Positions 28,210 through 39,477 are shown, counted from the first letter of the stretch. The stretch: DNA of 64,000 nucleotides from Cytophagales bacterium (GCA_029940715.1 JAPYTU010000001.1:1940-65939); one strand, 5' to 3'. Notes: a model not told the origin generated them from the sequence alone. Numbers and translations are program-made.

Positions 28210-29478
28210 ATGATAGATAAAAAAGTATTTGATCTAATTGAAAAAGAAAGAGTACGACAAACTAATGGTATTGAACTTATTGCCTCAGAAAACTATGCTT
28301 CTAATGAAGTTATGGCTGCCGCCGGAAGTATTCTAACAAATAAATATGCAGAAGGTTTACCTGGAAAGAGATATTATGGAGGGTGTTCTGTTGTTGATAA
28401 CATAGAAGATTTATGTCGAGAAAGGTTAAAAAAGCTTTTTGATGCATCATGGGTAAACGTACAACCACACTCTGGCGCTCAAGCTAATGCTTCTGTTATG
28501 TTGGCTTTATTAAAACCAGGTGATAAAATTCTTGGATTTAATTTATCACACGGAGGACATTTAACACATGGTTCGTCAGTAAATTTTTCTGGTAAATATT
28601 ACAAACCATATTTTTATGGGGTGAATAAAGAAGATGGGTTAATCGACTATAACAAACTTGAAGAAATAGCTAAAAAAGAAAAGCCAAAACTTATAATATG
28701 CGGAGCATCATCATATAGTAGAGATTGGAATTATAAACGAATCCGTGAAGTTGCAGATAAATGTGGGGCCTTTGTGCTTGCTGATATCGCTCACCCTGCT
28801 GGTTTAATTTCAAGGGGGTTGCTAAACGATCCTTTAGAATATTGTCATGTTATAACATCAACAACACACAAAACACTTAGAGGACCAAGGGGGGGAGTTA
28901 TTATGATGAGACAAGATTATGATAATCCTTTTGGAATAAAAACCCCAAAAGGAATTGCAAGAAAAATTTCTTCTTTGCTTGATTCGGGTGTTTTTCCGGG
29001 AACACAAGGAGGGCCATTAGAACATATCATTGCAGCAAAAGCTGTTGCTTTTAAAGAGGCATTATCTGAAAAATATTTTGAATACATTCTACAAGTTCAA
29101 AAGAACGCTAAAGCAATGTCAGAATCTTTTTTAAATAAAGGATATAATATCATTTCAAAAGGAACTGACAACCATTTAATGCTAATAGATTTAAGAAACA
29201 AAAATTTAACTGGAAAAATCGCAGAAGAAATTTTGGATTCTTCAGACATAACAATAAATAAAAACATGGTTCCTTTTGATACCCAATCGCCGTTTGTTAC
29301 CTCTGGAATGCGAATAGGAACAGCTGCGGTTACAACGAGAGGAATGAATGAAAAAGATATGAAAAAAATTGTTAATTATATTGATATTGTTTTATCAAAC
29401 ATTGAAAACAAAAACAAAATCCAAGAAATTAAGTCTGAAATAAATAATTGGACAAGCAAATTTCCTCTTCACAAATAA
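28210..29478 (+). CDS. glyA: Serine hydroxymethyltransferase
   Basis: [10 protein letters not shown], and [11 protein letters not shown] containing the PLP lysine. Confidence 0.95.
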   Translation: MIDKKVFDLIEKERVRQTNGIELIASENYASNEVMAAAGSILTNKYAEGLPGKRYYGGCSVVDNIEDLCRERLKKLFDASWVNVQPHSGAQANASVMLALLKPGDKILGFNLSHGGHLTHGSSVNFSGKYYKPYFYGVNKEDGLIDYNKLEEIAKKEKPKLIICGASSYSRDWNYKRIREVADKCGAFVLADIAHPAGLISRGLLNDPLEYCHVITSTTHKTLRGPRGGVIMMRQDYDNPFGIKTPKGIARKISSLLDSGVFPGTQGGPLEHIIAAKAVAFKEALSEKYFEYILQVQKNAKAMSESFLNKGYNIISKGTDNHLMLIDLRNKNLTGKIAEEILDSSDITINKNMVPFDTQSPFVTSGMRIGTAAVTTRGMNEKDMKKIVNYIDIVLSNIENKNKIQEIKSEINNWTSKFPLHK

Positions 29479-30270
29479 ATGAAAAAAGAAAAAGAAATGT
29501 CTTTCATAAATCATCTTGAAGAATTAAGGTGGCATATTATAAGGTCTTTAGGCGCGATTCTAATTTTTTCTATTATTGCGTTTTTATCTAAGCACATTGT
29601 TTTTGGAATAATATTATTAGGTCCATCTAAAGCTGATTTTTGGACATATCGTTTTTTGTGTGATATAGGCCAAAAAATCAATGTGTATACTTTTTGTATT
29701 ACAGAACTTCCTTTTATAATTCAAAGTCGACAAATGGCTGGTCAATTTATGATGCATCTTTCTTCTTCATTTGTTATAGGGGTAATTTGTACTTTTCCTT
29801 ATGCTTTTTGGGAATTCTGGAGATTTATTTCCCCTGGGTTATATGCCAATGAAAAAAAAGCTGCAAGAGGAGCAACTTTTTATGTTTCATTGTTGTTCTT
29901 TATAGGAATACTGTTTGGGTATTTTATTTTAACACCTATCTCTATAAATTTTCTAGCAAACTATCAAATAGACCCATCCATTTTAAATGAGTTTGACATA
30001 ATTTCCTATGTTTCAACTATCACCATGTTAGTGTTAGCTTCTGGATTGTTATTTCAACTGCCTATGGTAATTTACTTTTTAACTAAAGCTGGTGTTGTAA
30101 ACAAACAAATGCTTAAACAATATAGACGTCATGCTATTGTTATTATTTTAATATTTGGAGCAACCTTAACACCACCTGATCCTTTTAGTCAAATTGTAAT
30201 GGCCATACCTTTGGTAGGATTGTATGAAATAAGTATATTCATTTCAGGAAAAGTTAAACCAAAATCTTAA
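29479..30270 (+). CDS. tatC: Twin-arginine translocase subunit TatC
   Basis: 263 aa. FINHLEELRWHIIRS, six TM segments, TPPDPFSQ motif. Confidence 0.9.
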   Translation: MKKEKEMSFINHLEELRWHIIRSLGAILIFSIIAFLSKHIVFGIILLGPSKADFWTYRFLCDIGQKINVYTFCITELPFIIQSRQMAGQFMMHLSSSFVIGVICTFPYAFWEFWRFISPGLYANEKKAARGATFYVSLLFFIGILFGYFILTPISINFLANYQIDPSILNEFDIISYVSTITMLVLASGLLFQLPMVIYFLTKAGVVNKQMLKQYRRHAIVIILIFGATLTPPDPFSQIVMAIPLVGLYEISIFISGKVKPKS

Positions 30271-30698
30271 TGAAAATAATTATTGGATCTGATCATGCTG
30301 GTTTTGAATATAAAAAACTCTTAATAAAATATTTTGATACTAACAAGATTTCTTTTGAAGATTGTGGTACATACAATAATGACCCCACAGATTATCCAGA
30401 CTATGCTCATGTGGTTTCCAAAAAGGTAAATCAATCTAAAAATCATATTGGTGTATTAGTTTGTGGTAGTGCAAATGGAGTTGCAATGACGGCCAACAAA
30501 CACAAAAACATAAGAGCGGCAATTTGTTGGAGCGAAGAAATAACAACTCAGTCAAGGACACATAACAACGCTAACGTTATTTGTATACCAGCTAGATTTA
30601 TTAGCAAAGAAAAACAAAAAAAAATAATTGATGTTTTTTTGTCTAAAAAATTTGAAGGTGGTAGACACACAAATAGAGTGAGTAAAATTAATTGTTAG
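30270..30698 (+). CDS. rpiB: Ribose-5-phosphate isomerase B
   Basis: IIIGSDHAGFEYK and VCGSANGVAMTANK. TAATG junction with tatC. Confidence 0.9.
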   Translation: MKIIIGSDHAGFEYKKLLIKYFDTNKISFEDCGTYNNDPTDYPDYAHVVSKKVNQSKNHIGVLVCGSANGVAMTANKHKNIRAAICWSEEITTQSRTHNNANVICIPARFISKEKQKKIIDVFLSKKFEGGRHTNRVSKINC

Positions 30699-30704
30699 CA
30701 ATAA

Positions 30705-31061
30705 ATGCAAAGAACAAGAATTGAAAAACATGAAAGCTTAATTCATCAGGTTATAAATGAATATTTAATAAAAAAAGGGAAAGGGTTTTTAAAAAATGAA
30801 TTTATTACAATAATGGGAATTAAACTATCTGCAGATCTAAGCATTGCTCTGATATTTGTAAGTGTTTTAAACCACGATAAAAATGAATTGATAGAAAAAT
30901 TACTTAATTCTAAAAAATACGATGTTAAAAATTATCTTTCTAAAAGCATAGGAAAAAAAATAAGAAAAATACCTGAAATAAAATTTATTATTGATAACAG
31001 TGAGCATCAAGCAACAAAAATCGATGTCATTTTGTCTAATTTAAACATTCCACCAAAATAA
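30705..31061 (+). CDS. rbfA: Ribosome-binding factor A
   Basis: 118 aa. Size, KH-like layout and position are typical of rbfA; the sequence is divergent. Confidence 0.7.
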   Translation: MQRTRIEKHESLIHQVINEYLIKKGKGFLKNEFITIMGIKLSADLSIALIFVSVLNHDKNELIEKLLNSKKYDVKNYLSKSIGKKIRKIPEIKFIIDNSEHQATKIDVILSNLNIPPK

Positions 31062-31068
31062 AAGTAGA

Positions 31069-32301
31069 ATGAGTTTTTCTTTATTCGTCGCTAAAAAATT
31101 TATTAACTCAAACAAAAAAAAAACATTCATAAATTTTTTATCACTTCTCTCTACAATTACCTTAATAATAGGAACAGCATCTATGATTATTGTGCTTTCT
31201 GTTTTTAATGGATTAGAAGAAGTGCTTAAATCAATTTATGCAGACTTTGACCCTGAAATAAAAATAGAAAACAAAACAAAACAATATTTTAATGATCTTT
31301 TTTATAAAAAAATTTCAAACATAAATAATGTTAAAACAATCTCTGGAGTACTAGAAAATAAAGGATTAATAACACTTAATGATAATAAAGTTGTTGCAAA
31401 AATAAAAGGCGTTAGCCCATCTTTTATTGACCAAAATAGAATTCAAAAAAATTTAGTAGAAGGAGAATTTTATTTTAAAAAAAACAATCTAGACTATGCT
31501 GTTGTTGGTCGAGGAATAAAATATGCTTTAGCTATACGTTCAAACAATGACTTTCAAAATCTTAAAGTTTTTGCATTAAAAGAAACCTCTAAGCTTAGGC
31601 CGGGGTTACTAAATACAGGTTTATATGAATCAAAATCACTTAAAACCAGTGGTGTTTTTGCTATTGAAAATAATTTTGACAATAATTTTATTTTCACTTC
31701 ATTAGATTTTGCTCAAAAACTATTTAATAAAAAAGACAAGGTGTCATCTTATGAAATTAAAGTCAACAACAAATCAACTGCAAAAAAAACAGCAAACCAA
31801 ATCCAACAAATAATAGGACCCTCATTCAATGTGCTTACAACAGAACAGCAAAGGGCTGGATTATATAAAATTTTACAAACAGAAAAATTTGTTGTTTATT
31901 TAGTTTTTGCATTAATAATAATTTTAAGCTCTTTTAATATTTTCTTTCTATTAAGCATGATGGCTATTGAAAAGAAAAAAGAAATTTCAGTCATTTATGC
32001 ATTAGGAGGTAAAAAAAATCAAATTAAAAAAATTTTTATTTTTCAAGGAATTATAATAGCTATTAAAGGTGTTCTTTTTGGAACATTTGTAGGTTGTTTA
32101 ATTTGTTATTTGCAAGATACTTTTGGTTTAATTTCTATTAACATGAGTAGTTCAATTATTGAAAACTATCCTGTTAAAATAATTTATAATGACGTATTAT
32201 TGGTGGCTTTAATTGTTATTTTCATTTCAAGTATTTCGTCAATAATTCCAGCTAATTACGCTTCAAAATATGAAAATTTTTTGAATTTAAATAAAAAATG
32301 A
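31069..32301 (+). CDS. FtsX-like ABC transporter permease (LolC/E-type)
   Basis: 410 aa. N-terminal TM, large periplasmic loop, C-terminal FtsX 3-TM bundle. Confidence 0.8.
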   Translation: MSFSLFVAKKFINSNKKKTFINFLSLLSTITLIIGTASMIIVLSVFNGLEEVLKSIYADFDPEIKIENKTKQYFNDLFYKKISNINNVKTISGVLENKGLITLNDNKVVAKIKGVSPSFIDQNRIQKNLVEGEFYFKKNNLDYAVVGRGIKYALAIRSNNDFQNLKVFALKETSKLRPGLLNTGLYESKSLKTSGVFAIENNFDNNFIFTSLDFAQKLFNKKDKVSSYEIKVNNKSTAKKTANQIQQIIGPSFNVLTTEQQRAGLYKILQTEKFVVYLVFALIIILSSFNIFFLLSMMAIEKKKEISVIYALGGKKNQIKKIFIFQGIIIAIKGVLFGTFVGCLICYLQDTFGLISINMSSSIIENYPVKIIYNDVLLVALIVIFISSISSIIPANYASKYENFLNLNKK

Positions 32302-32302
32302 A

Positions 32303-32707
32303 ATGAAACTTAAAATTGGTAATTTTTATAAAGAAGAGTTTATAATAACACAAGAAATGGTAAATCAATTTGCTAAATTAAGTGGAGACAAAAATCCTTT
32401 GCATATCAATAAAGATTTTGCCTCAAAAACAAGATTCAAAAAACCTATAGTACACGGTTTGTTTTCTGTAACTTCCTTTGGAAAAGTAATGGGAACTAAA
32501 TTTCCTGGTTCTGGATCAATTCAAGTAAGCCAAAACCTAAGCTTTAAAAATCCTTTATATCCAGACCTAAAATATTATGTTTACGTAGAACTTATAAGAA
32601 TAATAAAAGATAAGCATTTTGGTATTTTCAAAACACAAATATTTGATATGAAAAATAAAATTATTGTAGACGGAACAGGAATTGTTCGTCACGAAACAAA
32701 ATTATAA
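32303..32707 (+). CDS. MaoC-like (hot-dog fold) dehydratase
   Basis: 134 aa. The SGDKNPLHINKDFASKTRFKKPIVHG hydratase motif is present. Confidence 0.7.
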   Translation: MKLKIGNFYKEEFIITQEMVNQFAKLSGDKNPLHINKDFASKTRFKKPIVHGLFSVTSFGKVMGTKFPGSGSIQVSQNLSFKNPLYPDLKYYVYVELIRIIKDKHFGIFKTQIFDMKNKIIVDGTGIVRHETKL

Positions 32708-35143
32708 TTAATAACCACAATTATACCAATTACTAATGTTCGAACCAATCGGAGATCCGTCGGGAGGAGTAACAAAATTGGGAATAAATAATTCAACTTC
32801 CCCATCTAAAAACTGATCTATTTTTCGAAGCAGATATGTTTGGTGTGAAGATAGTATTTTGTCTTTTTTAACTCCTCCTCTTAATTTATTAGCTGTCATT
32901 AATATATTAGAATACAATATAGCATTAACTTGTTCGTGTGTTTGTTTGTTATTAGCTAATAAAAACATATGATTTAAAACCCGATAATTTACAAGTTTTT
33001 GCATTTCTAATTCTAACCCATTCAAAGAAGTGTTTGTTTTTAAAATTGTATTATTTATTAATTGTTTTACCATATAATCTAATCCTAATTGATTATTATT
33101 TCTAGATTTTAATACAATCAATCTAGAGGCTCTTTCATGATTTAATAGCATTGATAAAGTCATATCGATAGCTGTTTCAGCTGCAGTTAATGGATCAAAA
33201 GTTAGGCCGGTTTTAGACTTAAAAGTTTCCCTTGTTCGTGGATATCCATATGCCCTTGGGGGTATTAATTTAAGTAAAGGTTCTGGAAGAACTAAATTTC
33301 TTGGATTAATTGAGTTTATTAATGCTTTAAGAGCGTTATTTTGTTCTTCAAAAGTAAGCATTTTTGTAACCAGCTGCCCATCTCCTTTCATGGTATAAAA
33401 ATAATCCAATCCCCCAACAATTTTAGATGCAGCTTCTATCTGAAATCTATGAAGTAAATACATAGGAACAAGAACTTCTTCTATACTTGACATAGGAGCT
33501 CCTATTTTTATTGCGTTATCAGAAAAATTATCTAATATATAACGTCTTATTAACAACATTCTATTTAATTCATCCGAAGCACTGTATCCATTATCCCATA
33601 AATGTGATCGGGGGTGAGCGCTACTTTGTGGTCTAGAGTCTTGATCAGTTATAAAATAAATTTTTTCTTTATATCCTTCTTGAAGAATTTCTTCTAAATA
33701 TTTTTCTTCGTTTTTAGAATTAAATTCACGATACCCCCAATTTATAGCAAGCTTATCCCAATCACCAATACCATGATCATACGCTTGAGATAGATCAATT
33801 TTATTGTCTTTTAATTGTATTAATGGGTGTGGATAATCCATAACACTTTTTCTATTTCTTGCACTTGAAATATAATTATGAGAAAGTCCTAATGTGTGTC
33901 CAACTTCATGTGCAGATAACTGCCTCAGCCTTTCTATAGACATTTTTTCCATTGAATTATTTGCTTTACTATTATTATATGGTCTAAGTAATCCTTCAGC
34001 AATTAAAAAATCTTGTCTTACCCTTAAAGAACCCAAGGAAACATGTCCTTTGATTATTTCTCCTGTTCTTGGATCAACAACAGAAGAACCATAAGACCAT
34101 CCCCTTGTAGACCTATGTACCCATTGAATCACATTATACCTAACATCTAACATATCCGCACCTTCTGGTAAAACTTTAATTTGAAATGCGTTTTTAAATC
34201 CGGCTGATTCATAAGCATCATTCCACCATGAAGCTCCTTCAATTAAAGCAGATTTTATAGGTTCTGGTGCTCCTCTATCTAAATAATAAACTATTGGTTT
34301 AATTGGTTCGCTTATTTCTTGATTAGGATATTTTTTTTGTAGGCGATGTCTTCTTATAAATTTTTTTTCTATTGATTCGTTAATAGGAGAAGCATAATCA
34401 AAATAAGAAATGGCGCCAAACCCAGATCTTGAATCAAATTTTCTAGGAACATAATTGTCATCAGGAAGCTTAACAAACGAATGTCTTGTTCTAACTGAAA
34501 AAGACTCTGAATTAGGAGACACTGATCTTAATTCATTTCCCGTTACCTGTCCTCTAAAAGTAAGGAAGGATTCTAGCTCTGTATTAAACGGAAAGTTTTT
34601 TGAATTTAAATTGTCAAAAAAAGAACTTTTTTTATCAACACTAAAATTACCTTGTTTTTGTCTTTTCAATCTGTTAATAACACCATGAGAATCTCTTAAA
34701 AGAAACAGAGTCGCGTCTATCACATAAGTATTTTTATTGCTAGCAACAATATCAAAACCCCAAACAACCGATCTAGCAAAAGCATCCTCTACAGATTTTT
34801 TTTCGTCTTGATTTTCTGAAATAGCTCTAAACTTATAGTTAGGTTGAACCATTAATATCTTAGGTCCTTTTTTAATAAAAGAAACAATTTTAGTTCCCCC
34901 TATTTGTCCCCTATCAAGACCTATATCATTAGACCCAAGCCCTGCAGACAAATAATTAATATAAATAAGCTCTTGGTTTAATGAAGATATGTTTAAATAA
35001 ATTTTTCCTTGGGATTCGTCCCAATAAAAGTCAACAAAACCCTCATTTTTTAACAAATCTTTTAAAAAACCATCTGAATCTTTGACTTGAGAAAACAAAA
35101 GAGAAGGAAAGAAAAACAGAAGTAGAAATAAAAAAAATTTCAT
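32708..35143 (-). CDS. Secreted zinc-dependent metalloprotease (DUF5117/DUF4953-type)
   Basis: 811 aa. Signal peptide, and HEVGHTLGLSHN zinc site. Confidence 0.75.
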   Translation of the reverse strand: MKFFLFLLLFFFPSLLFSQVKDSDGFLKDLLKNEGFVDFYWDESQGKIYLNISSLNQELIYINYLSAGLGSNDIGLDRGQIGGTKIVSFIKKGPKILMVQPNYKFRAISENQDEKKSVEDAFARSVVWGFDIVASNKNTYVIDATLFLLRDSHGVINRLKRQKQGNFSVDKKSSFFDNLNSKNFPFNTELESFLTFRGQVTGNELRSVSPNSESFSVRTRHSFVKLPDDNYVPRKFDSRSGFGAISYFDYASPINESIEKKFIRRHRLQKKYPNQEISEPIKPIVYYLDRGAPEPIKSALIEGASWWNDAYESAGFKNAFQIKVLPEGADMLDVRYNVIQWVHRSTRGWSYGSSVVDPRTGEIIKGHVSLGSLRVRQDFLIAEGLLRPYNNSKANNSMEKMSIERLRQLSAHEVGHTLGLSHNYISSARNRKSVMDYPHPLIQLKDNKIDLSQAYDHGIGDWDKLAINWGYREFNSKNEEKYLEEILQEGYKEKIYFITDQDSRPQSSAHPRSHLWDNGYSASDELNRMLLIRRYILDNFSDNAIKIGAPMSSIEEVLVPMYLLHRFQIEAASKIVGGLDYFYTMKGDGQLVTKMLTFEEQNNALKALINSINPRNLVLPEPLLKLIPPRAYGYPRTRETFKSKTGLTFDPLTAAETAIDMTLSMLLNHERASRLIVLKSRNNNQLGLDYMVKQLINNTILKTNTSLNGLELEMQKLVNYRVLNHMFLLANNKQTHEQVNAILYSNILMTANKLRGGVKKDKILSSHQTYLLRKIDQFLDGEVELFIPNFVTPPDGSPIGSNISNWYNCGY

Positions 35144-35158
35144 AATTATGGGATTAAT

Positions 35159-35671
35159 TTATTTAATAATAATTTCATGAAACAAGATAGGGTCTTTTAA
35201 TCTAATTGTTGTTAGTTTTTGATTGGCCTTAAAATATATAAGATTTTCTTGTCCTTCAAAAGTTTCAAACAAAGAAGTATCTTTTATTTTAATTTTTTTA
35301 ATTTTTTTAATTTTATTGATTTCAAAATAACAATTAATAATTCCATCTTCATATTCATGGCCTAAATATTCAAAATCATATTGTTTATCATTAATAACAA
35401 ATTCAATGTTGTTTGTTAAATAATCCCTTATATAATCATCAACCAACACCTGGTTTGACTTTAAAATATCAAAATCTTCATTTAAAAATTGTTTTTTTAG
35501 TGTTTTTTCAAAATCATCAAAAAAAATTTTTTTGTGTGCCTCTATTGCATTTCTTTGATCATCATATTCAATATAAGAGACGCTAACAAAAAAATCATGA
35601 ATAAAAAAAAGAGCTAGGTTAACCAGAAGGGTATACATGTTATTATATTTTTTAATAAATTTAACAATCAA
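35159..35671 (-). CDS. DUF6702-like hypothetical protein
   Basis: 170 aa. The HDFFVSVSYIEYDD...IFFDDFEKTL pattern matches what I recall for the flavobacterial DUF6702 family, which is usually found beside HupE/UreJ and M1 peptidase genes. Apparent TTG start. Confidence 0.5.
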   Translation of the reverse strand: MIVKFIKKYNNMYTLLVNLALFFIHDFFVSVSYIEYDDQRNAIEAHKKIFFDDFEKTLKKQFLNEDFDILKSNQVLVDDYIRDYLTNNIEFVINDKQYDFEYLGHEYEDGIINCYFEINKIKKIKKIKIKDTSLFETFEGQENLIYFKANQKLTTIRLKDPILFHEIIIK

Positions 35672-35691
35672 TTGTTATCTAAAACAACAAA

Positions 35692-36270
35692 ATGCAAGAA
35701 TTCAAAATATGGTTTGAAATTGGCTTTGATCATATAATTAACTACCAAGCTTTAGACCACATACTGTTTATAGTGGCTTTAACCGTTATTTATGATATAA
35801 AAATGATTAAAAAAATTGTTATTCTTATAACCGCGTTTACTGTAGGTCACACCTTAACATTAATTTTATCTACACTCAACCTTATACAATATGATCAAAA
35901 AATTATTGAATTTGCTATCCCTTTAACTATAGCTATAACTGCGATTAATAATATTCGAAAAAGAAATCAAGCTTTATTAGGGGGAGTTAATTCTAATTAT
36001 TATTTGGCTCTTTTTTTTGGATTAATTCATGGTTTAGGTTTTTCAAATTATTTAAAAGCTTTGTTAATTGGAGACAACATTTTATTAGAACTTTTTTCTT
36101 TTAACATCGGGGTTGAAATTGGTCAAATAATTATCGTATTACTTTTTTTGTGTGTTAGCTTTGTGTTTTCAAAAATCTTTTTTTCCAAAAGAAATGAGTG
36201 GATTTTATTTGTATCTTCATTAATTTTGGGAATAAGTTTGCTTTTAAGCACCAATGCTAAATTTTGGTAA
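35692..36270 (+). CDS. HupE/UreJ family membrane protein
   Basis: 192 aa with about 6 TM segments. N-terminal GFDHI....ALDHILFIVAL motif. Confidence 0.6.
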   Translation: MQEFKIWFEIGFDHIINYQALDHILFIVALTVIYDIKMIKKIVILITAFTVGHTLTLILSTLNLIQYDQKIIEFAIPLTIAITAINNIRKRNQALLGGVNSNYYLALFFGLIHGLGFSNYLKALLIGDNILLELFSFNIGVEIGQIIIVLLFLCVSFVFSKIFFSKRNEWILFVSSLILGISLLLSTNAKFW

Positions 36271-36287
36271 AATATAAACTAACTCCT

Positions 36288-38537
36288 ATGAAAATTATAA
36301 CAATATTTATTACACTACTACTTTCTCCTTTTATTGTTTTAAGTCAAGGAAAATGGGAAAAGAAATTTGAACAATTAGGAACAACCTTACCATCACCTAA
36401 TAACTACAGAACAGCATCAGGAGCACCCGGGATAGATTACTGGCAACAAAAAGCTGACTATAAAATAAAAGTTACTGTTAATGATGAAAATCAAATTCTC
36501 TCTGGATCTGAAAACATTACATATTATAATAATTCTCCTGATGTTCTCACTTATTTATGGATTCAGCTTGATCAAAACGTGAGGGCACAAGATTCTGAAA
36601 CACCCTTAATTACCCCTAATAAAATGAGAAATGTTATGAATGGGGCGGGACTTCAGTCTATTACAAATGAATATACTAATTCTTCTGGGGAGCGTTATGA
36701 TGGGGGCTTTAAAATACATAAAGTTATCAACACCTCAAATAAACCACTTTCATTCAATATCATTAAAACTATGATGAGAATTAATCTAGAAAAACCATTA
36801 GCCTCAGGAGAATCATTTTCTTTTAATATTGATTGGTCATATACAATTAACGATAGAATGAAATTAGGAGGAAGAGGTGGTTATGAATATTTTCCAGAAG
36901 ATAATAATTACAGCTACACTATTGCTCAATTTTTTCCAAGAATGGCTGTTTATGACGACAAAGAAGGTTGGCAAAACAAACAATTTTTAGGGCGAGGAGA
37001 ATTTACTTTGGCTTTTGGAGATTATGAAATTGAAATAACTGTTCCAGCTGACTTTATCGTTGGAGCAACAGGCACCCTTCAAAACCCAAAAGAGGTTTTA
37101 TCAAACAAAGAAATAGCAAGATTTGAATTAGCAAAAAAAACTTATGATAAGCCAACAATAATAACAACTCAAAAAGAAGCTATAATTAAAGAAAACAAAC
37201 CAGAAAGAAATAAAACAAAAACATGGAAATTTAACTCAACGATGGTGCGAGATGTTGCATTTGCCGCATCAAGAAAATATATATGGGATGCTATGGCTGT
37301 TGATCTTGGTAATTTTCAACCCTTAGCAATGTCTTTCTACTCAAAAGAAGGAAATCCTCTATGGGAACAGGAGTCTACTATTGCTGTAGCAAACACATTA
37401 AGAACTTATTCTAAACATACCATAAACTATCCTTATCCTGTGGCTATTTCTGTTCACGCAGCCTCTATTGGTATGGAGTACCCTATGATATGTTTTAATT
37501 TTGGAAGACCAAATAAAGATGGTGTTTATAGTGAAGCTATTAAATGGGGAATGATTGGGGTAATAATCCATGAGGTGGGTCATAATTTTTTTCCTATGAT
37601 AATTAATTCTGACGAAAGACAGTGGACTTGGATGGATGAAGGATTAAACACTTTTGTACAATCGTTAACTCAAAAAGAATACTATAGTCATGGTCCTTTA
37701 AGAAGGGGGACCGCAGCAAGTATGGTAAATTATATGAAAGGAGACAAAGAAGGAATTCGACCAATTATGACAAATTCTGAACAAATTTTACAGTTTGGAA
37801 ACAACGCATATGGAAAACCCGCTGCTGCATTAAGTATCTTAAGAGAAACAATTATGGGACCTGAACTTTTTGATTATGCCTTCAAAGAATATGCTAGAAG
37901 ATGGGCTTTTAAACACCCCGACCCTGCCGATTTTTTTAGAACAATGGAAGATGCTTCAGCAATTGATTTAGATTGGTTTTGGAAAGGTTGGTTTTATACA
38001 ACAGACAACGTCGATGTATCAATAGAAAATGTTCGGTGGTTTAAAATGAAAAAACCAAACAAAAACTTTGATAATAAAGTTGATTTTGACGACAAAGAAA
38101 TTTTAGTTGAAAAAAGACGGCCAGCAGAAGATAAAATTCCTTATGTTCTTCCAAATAAACCAGAATATTTTGAATATAAACAAAGACAAGAAGGTTCTTT
38201 TAGAAACAAAGAGTTTAGAAACCAAATAAATGATGAAAAAGTAAAAATCTTAAATTCAGAAAAAAATTTTTATGAAATAAAATTTAAAAATATTGGGGGA
38301 TTAATAACACCTTTAATTATTGAATGGACATATGAGGATGGTAGTAAGGAAATTGAAAAAATTCCTGCGGAAATATGGAGGGCTAATGAAAACGAGGTAA
38401 CAAAGGTGTTTGTAAAAAATAAAATAGTAAATAACATTAAGTTAGATCCGTTTTTAGAAACAGCAGACACAGACGTTTCTGACAACAACTTTCCAAGATT
38501 AATTCTTAAAAGTAAATTTGATAAATTTAAAAACTAA
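36288..38537 (+). CDS. M1 family zinc metallopeptidase
   Basis: HEVGHNFF...WMDEGLN gluzincin signature. Signal peptide after the ATG at 36288; the track start at 36264 is an upstream TTG. Confidence 0.85.
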   Translation: MKIITIFITLLLSPFIVLSQGKWEKKFEQLGTTLPSPNNYRTASGAPGIDYWQQKADYKIKVTVNDENQILSGSENITYYNNSPDVLTYLWIQLDQNVRAQDSETPLITPNKMRNVMNGAGLQSITNEYTNSSGERYDGGFKIHKVINTSNKPLSFNIIKTMMRINLEKPLASGESFSFNIDWSYTINDRMKLGGRGGYEYFPEDNNYSYTIAQFFPRMAVYDDKEGWQNKQFLGRGEFTLAFGDYEIEITVPADFIVGATGTLQNPKEVLSNKEIARFELAKKTYDKPTIITTQKEAIIKENKPERNKTKTWKFNSTMVRDVAFAASRKYIWDAMAVDLGNFQPLAMSFYSKEGNPLWEQESTIAVANTLRTYSKHTINYPYPVAISVHAASIGMEYPMICFNFGRPNKDGVYSEAIKWGMIGVIIHEVGHNFFPMIINSDERQWTWMDEGLNTFVQSLTQKEYYSHGPLRRGTAASMVNYMKGDKEGIRPIMTNSEQILQFGNNAYGKPAAALSILRETIMGPELFDYAFKEYARRWAFKHPDPADFFRTMEDASAIDLDWFWKGWFYTTDNVDVSIENVRWFKMKKPNKNFDNKVDFDDKEILVEKRRPAEDKIPYVLPNKPEYFEYKQRQEGSFRNKEFRNQINDEKVKILNSEKNFYEIKFKNIGGLITPLIIEWTYEDGSKEIEKIPAEIWRANENEVTKVFVKNKIVNNIKLDPFLETADTDVSDNNFPRLILKSKFDKFKN

Positions 38538-39475
38538 AAAGGTAAATTTAAGAGATCAACATTGCCTCCTGTTAATATTAAACCTACTGATTTACTTTGA
38601 TATTTAGATCGATTTTTTAAAACGACAGCCAATGGAAGTGAGCAAGATGGTTCACATATAATTTTTAATCTCTCCCAAATCAATTTCATAGAATTTATTA
38701 TTTCTTTTTCGGTTACCGTCACAACCTCATGGGCTCCTTTAATAATTATTTTAAAAGTCTTGTCACCAAGTGAGGTTTTTAACCCATCCGCTATTGTGTT
38801 AGGATTGTTAACGGGAATTAATTTTTTTAATTTAAAAGACTCAAAAGCATCGCTTGCATTTAATGGTTCTGCCAAAACAACTTTAGTTGAAGGAGAAAAA
38901 GCTTGTGTTGCTAAAATAGTTCCTGAAGCAAGCCCACCACCACCAACAGGGGTTATTATATAATCTAAAAATTTTTTTGATTCATATATTTCTTTTGCAC
39001 AAGTTGCTTGTCCATAAATAACATTATAATTATTATACGGGTGTATAAAATTTGCTTCTGTTTTCTTTATAATTTTATCACACATTTCAATCCTTGATTG
39101 TTCATTATTATCACAAAAAGTTATGTCTCCTCCATATTCCCTAACAGCATTTACTTTAATTTTAGAGGCTCCTTTAGGCATTACAACGTATGCTTTGGTT
39201 TTTGCTATTTTTGAAGATAAAGCAACAGCTTGGGCATGATTTCCTGACGAATGTGTCACAAACCCTTTTTTTACTTTTTCTTTTGAATAAGAAAAAACAG
39301 CATTTAACGCTCCCCTCATTTTAAAAGCTCCAATTTTTTGAAAATTTTCACATTTAAAATAAATGTTTGCCCCTGTTATTTTATTTATATTTTGGGATGA
39401 TAAAATTGGAGTATTGTGTATGTGTTTTTCTATTCTCTGATGAGCTTGTGTTATATTTTTTTTAATATTATTCAT
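38534..39475 (-). CDS. PLP-dependent threonine/serine dehydratase (fold-type II)
   Basis: KCENFQKIGAFKMRGA PLP-lysine motif and the GGGGL glycine loop. Confidence 0.8.
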   Translation of the reverse strand: MNNIKKNITQAHQRIEKHIHNTPILSSQNINKITGANIYFKCENFQKIGAFKMRGALNAVFSYSKEKVKKGFVTHSSGNHAQAVALSSKIAKTKAYVVMPKGASKIKVNAVREYGGDITFCDNNEQSRIEMCDKIIKKTEANFIHPYNNYNVIYGQATCAKEIYESKKFLDYIITPVGGGGLASGTILATQAFSPSTKVVLAEPLNASDAFESFKLKKLIPVNNPNTIADGLKTSLGDKTFKIIIKGAHEVVTVTEKEIINSMKLIWERLKIICEPSCSLPLAVVLKNRSKYQSKSVGLILTGGNVDLLNLPF

Positions 39476-39477
39476 TT

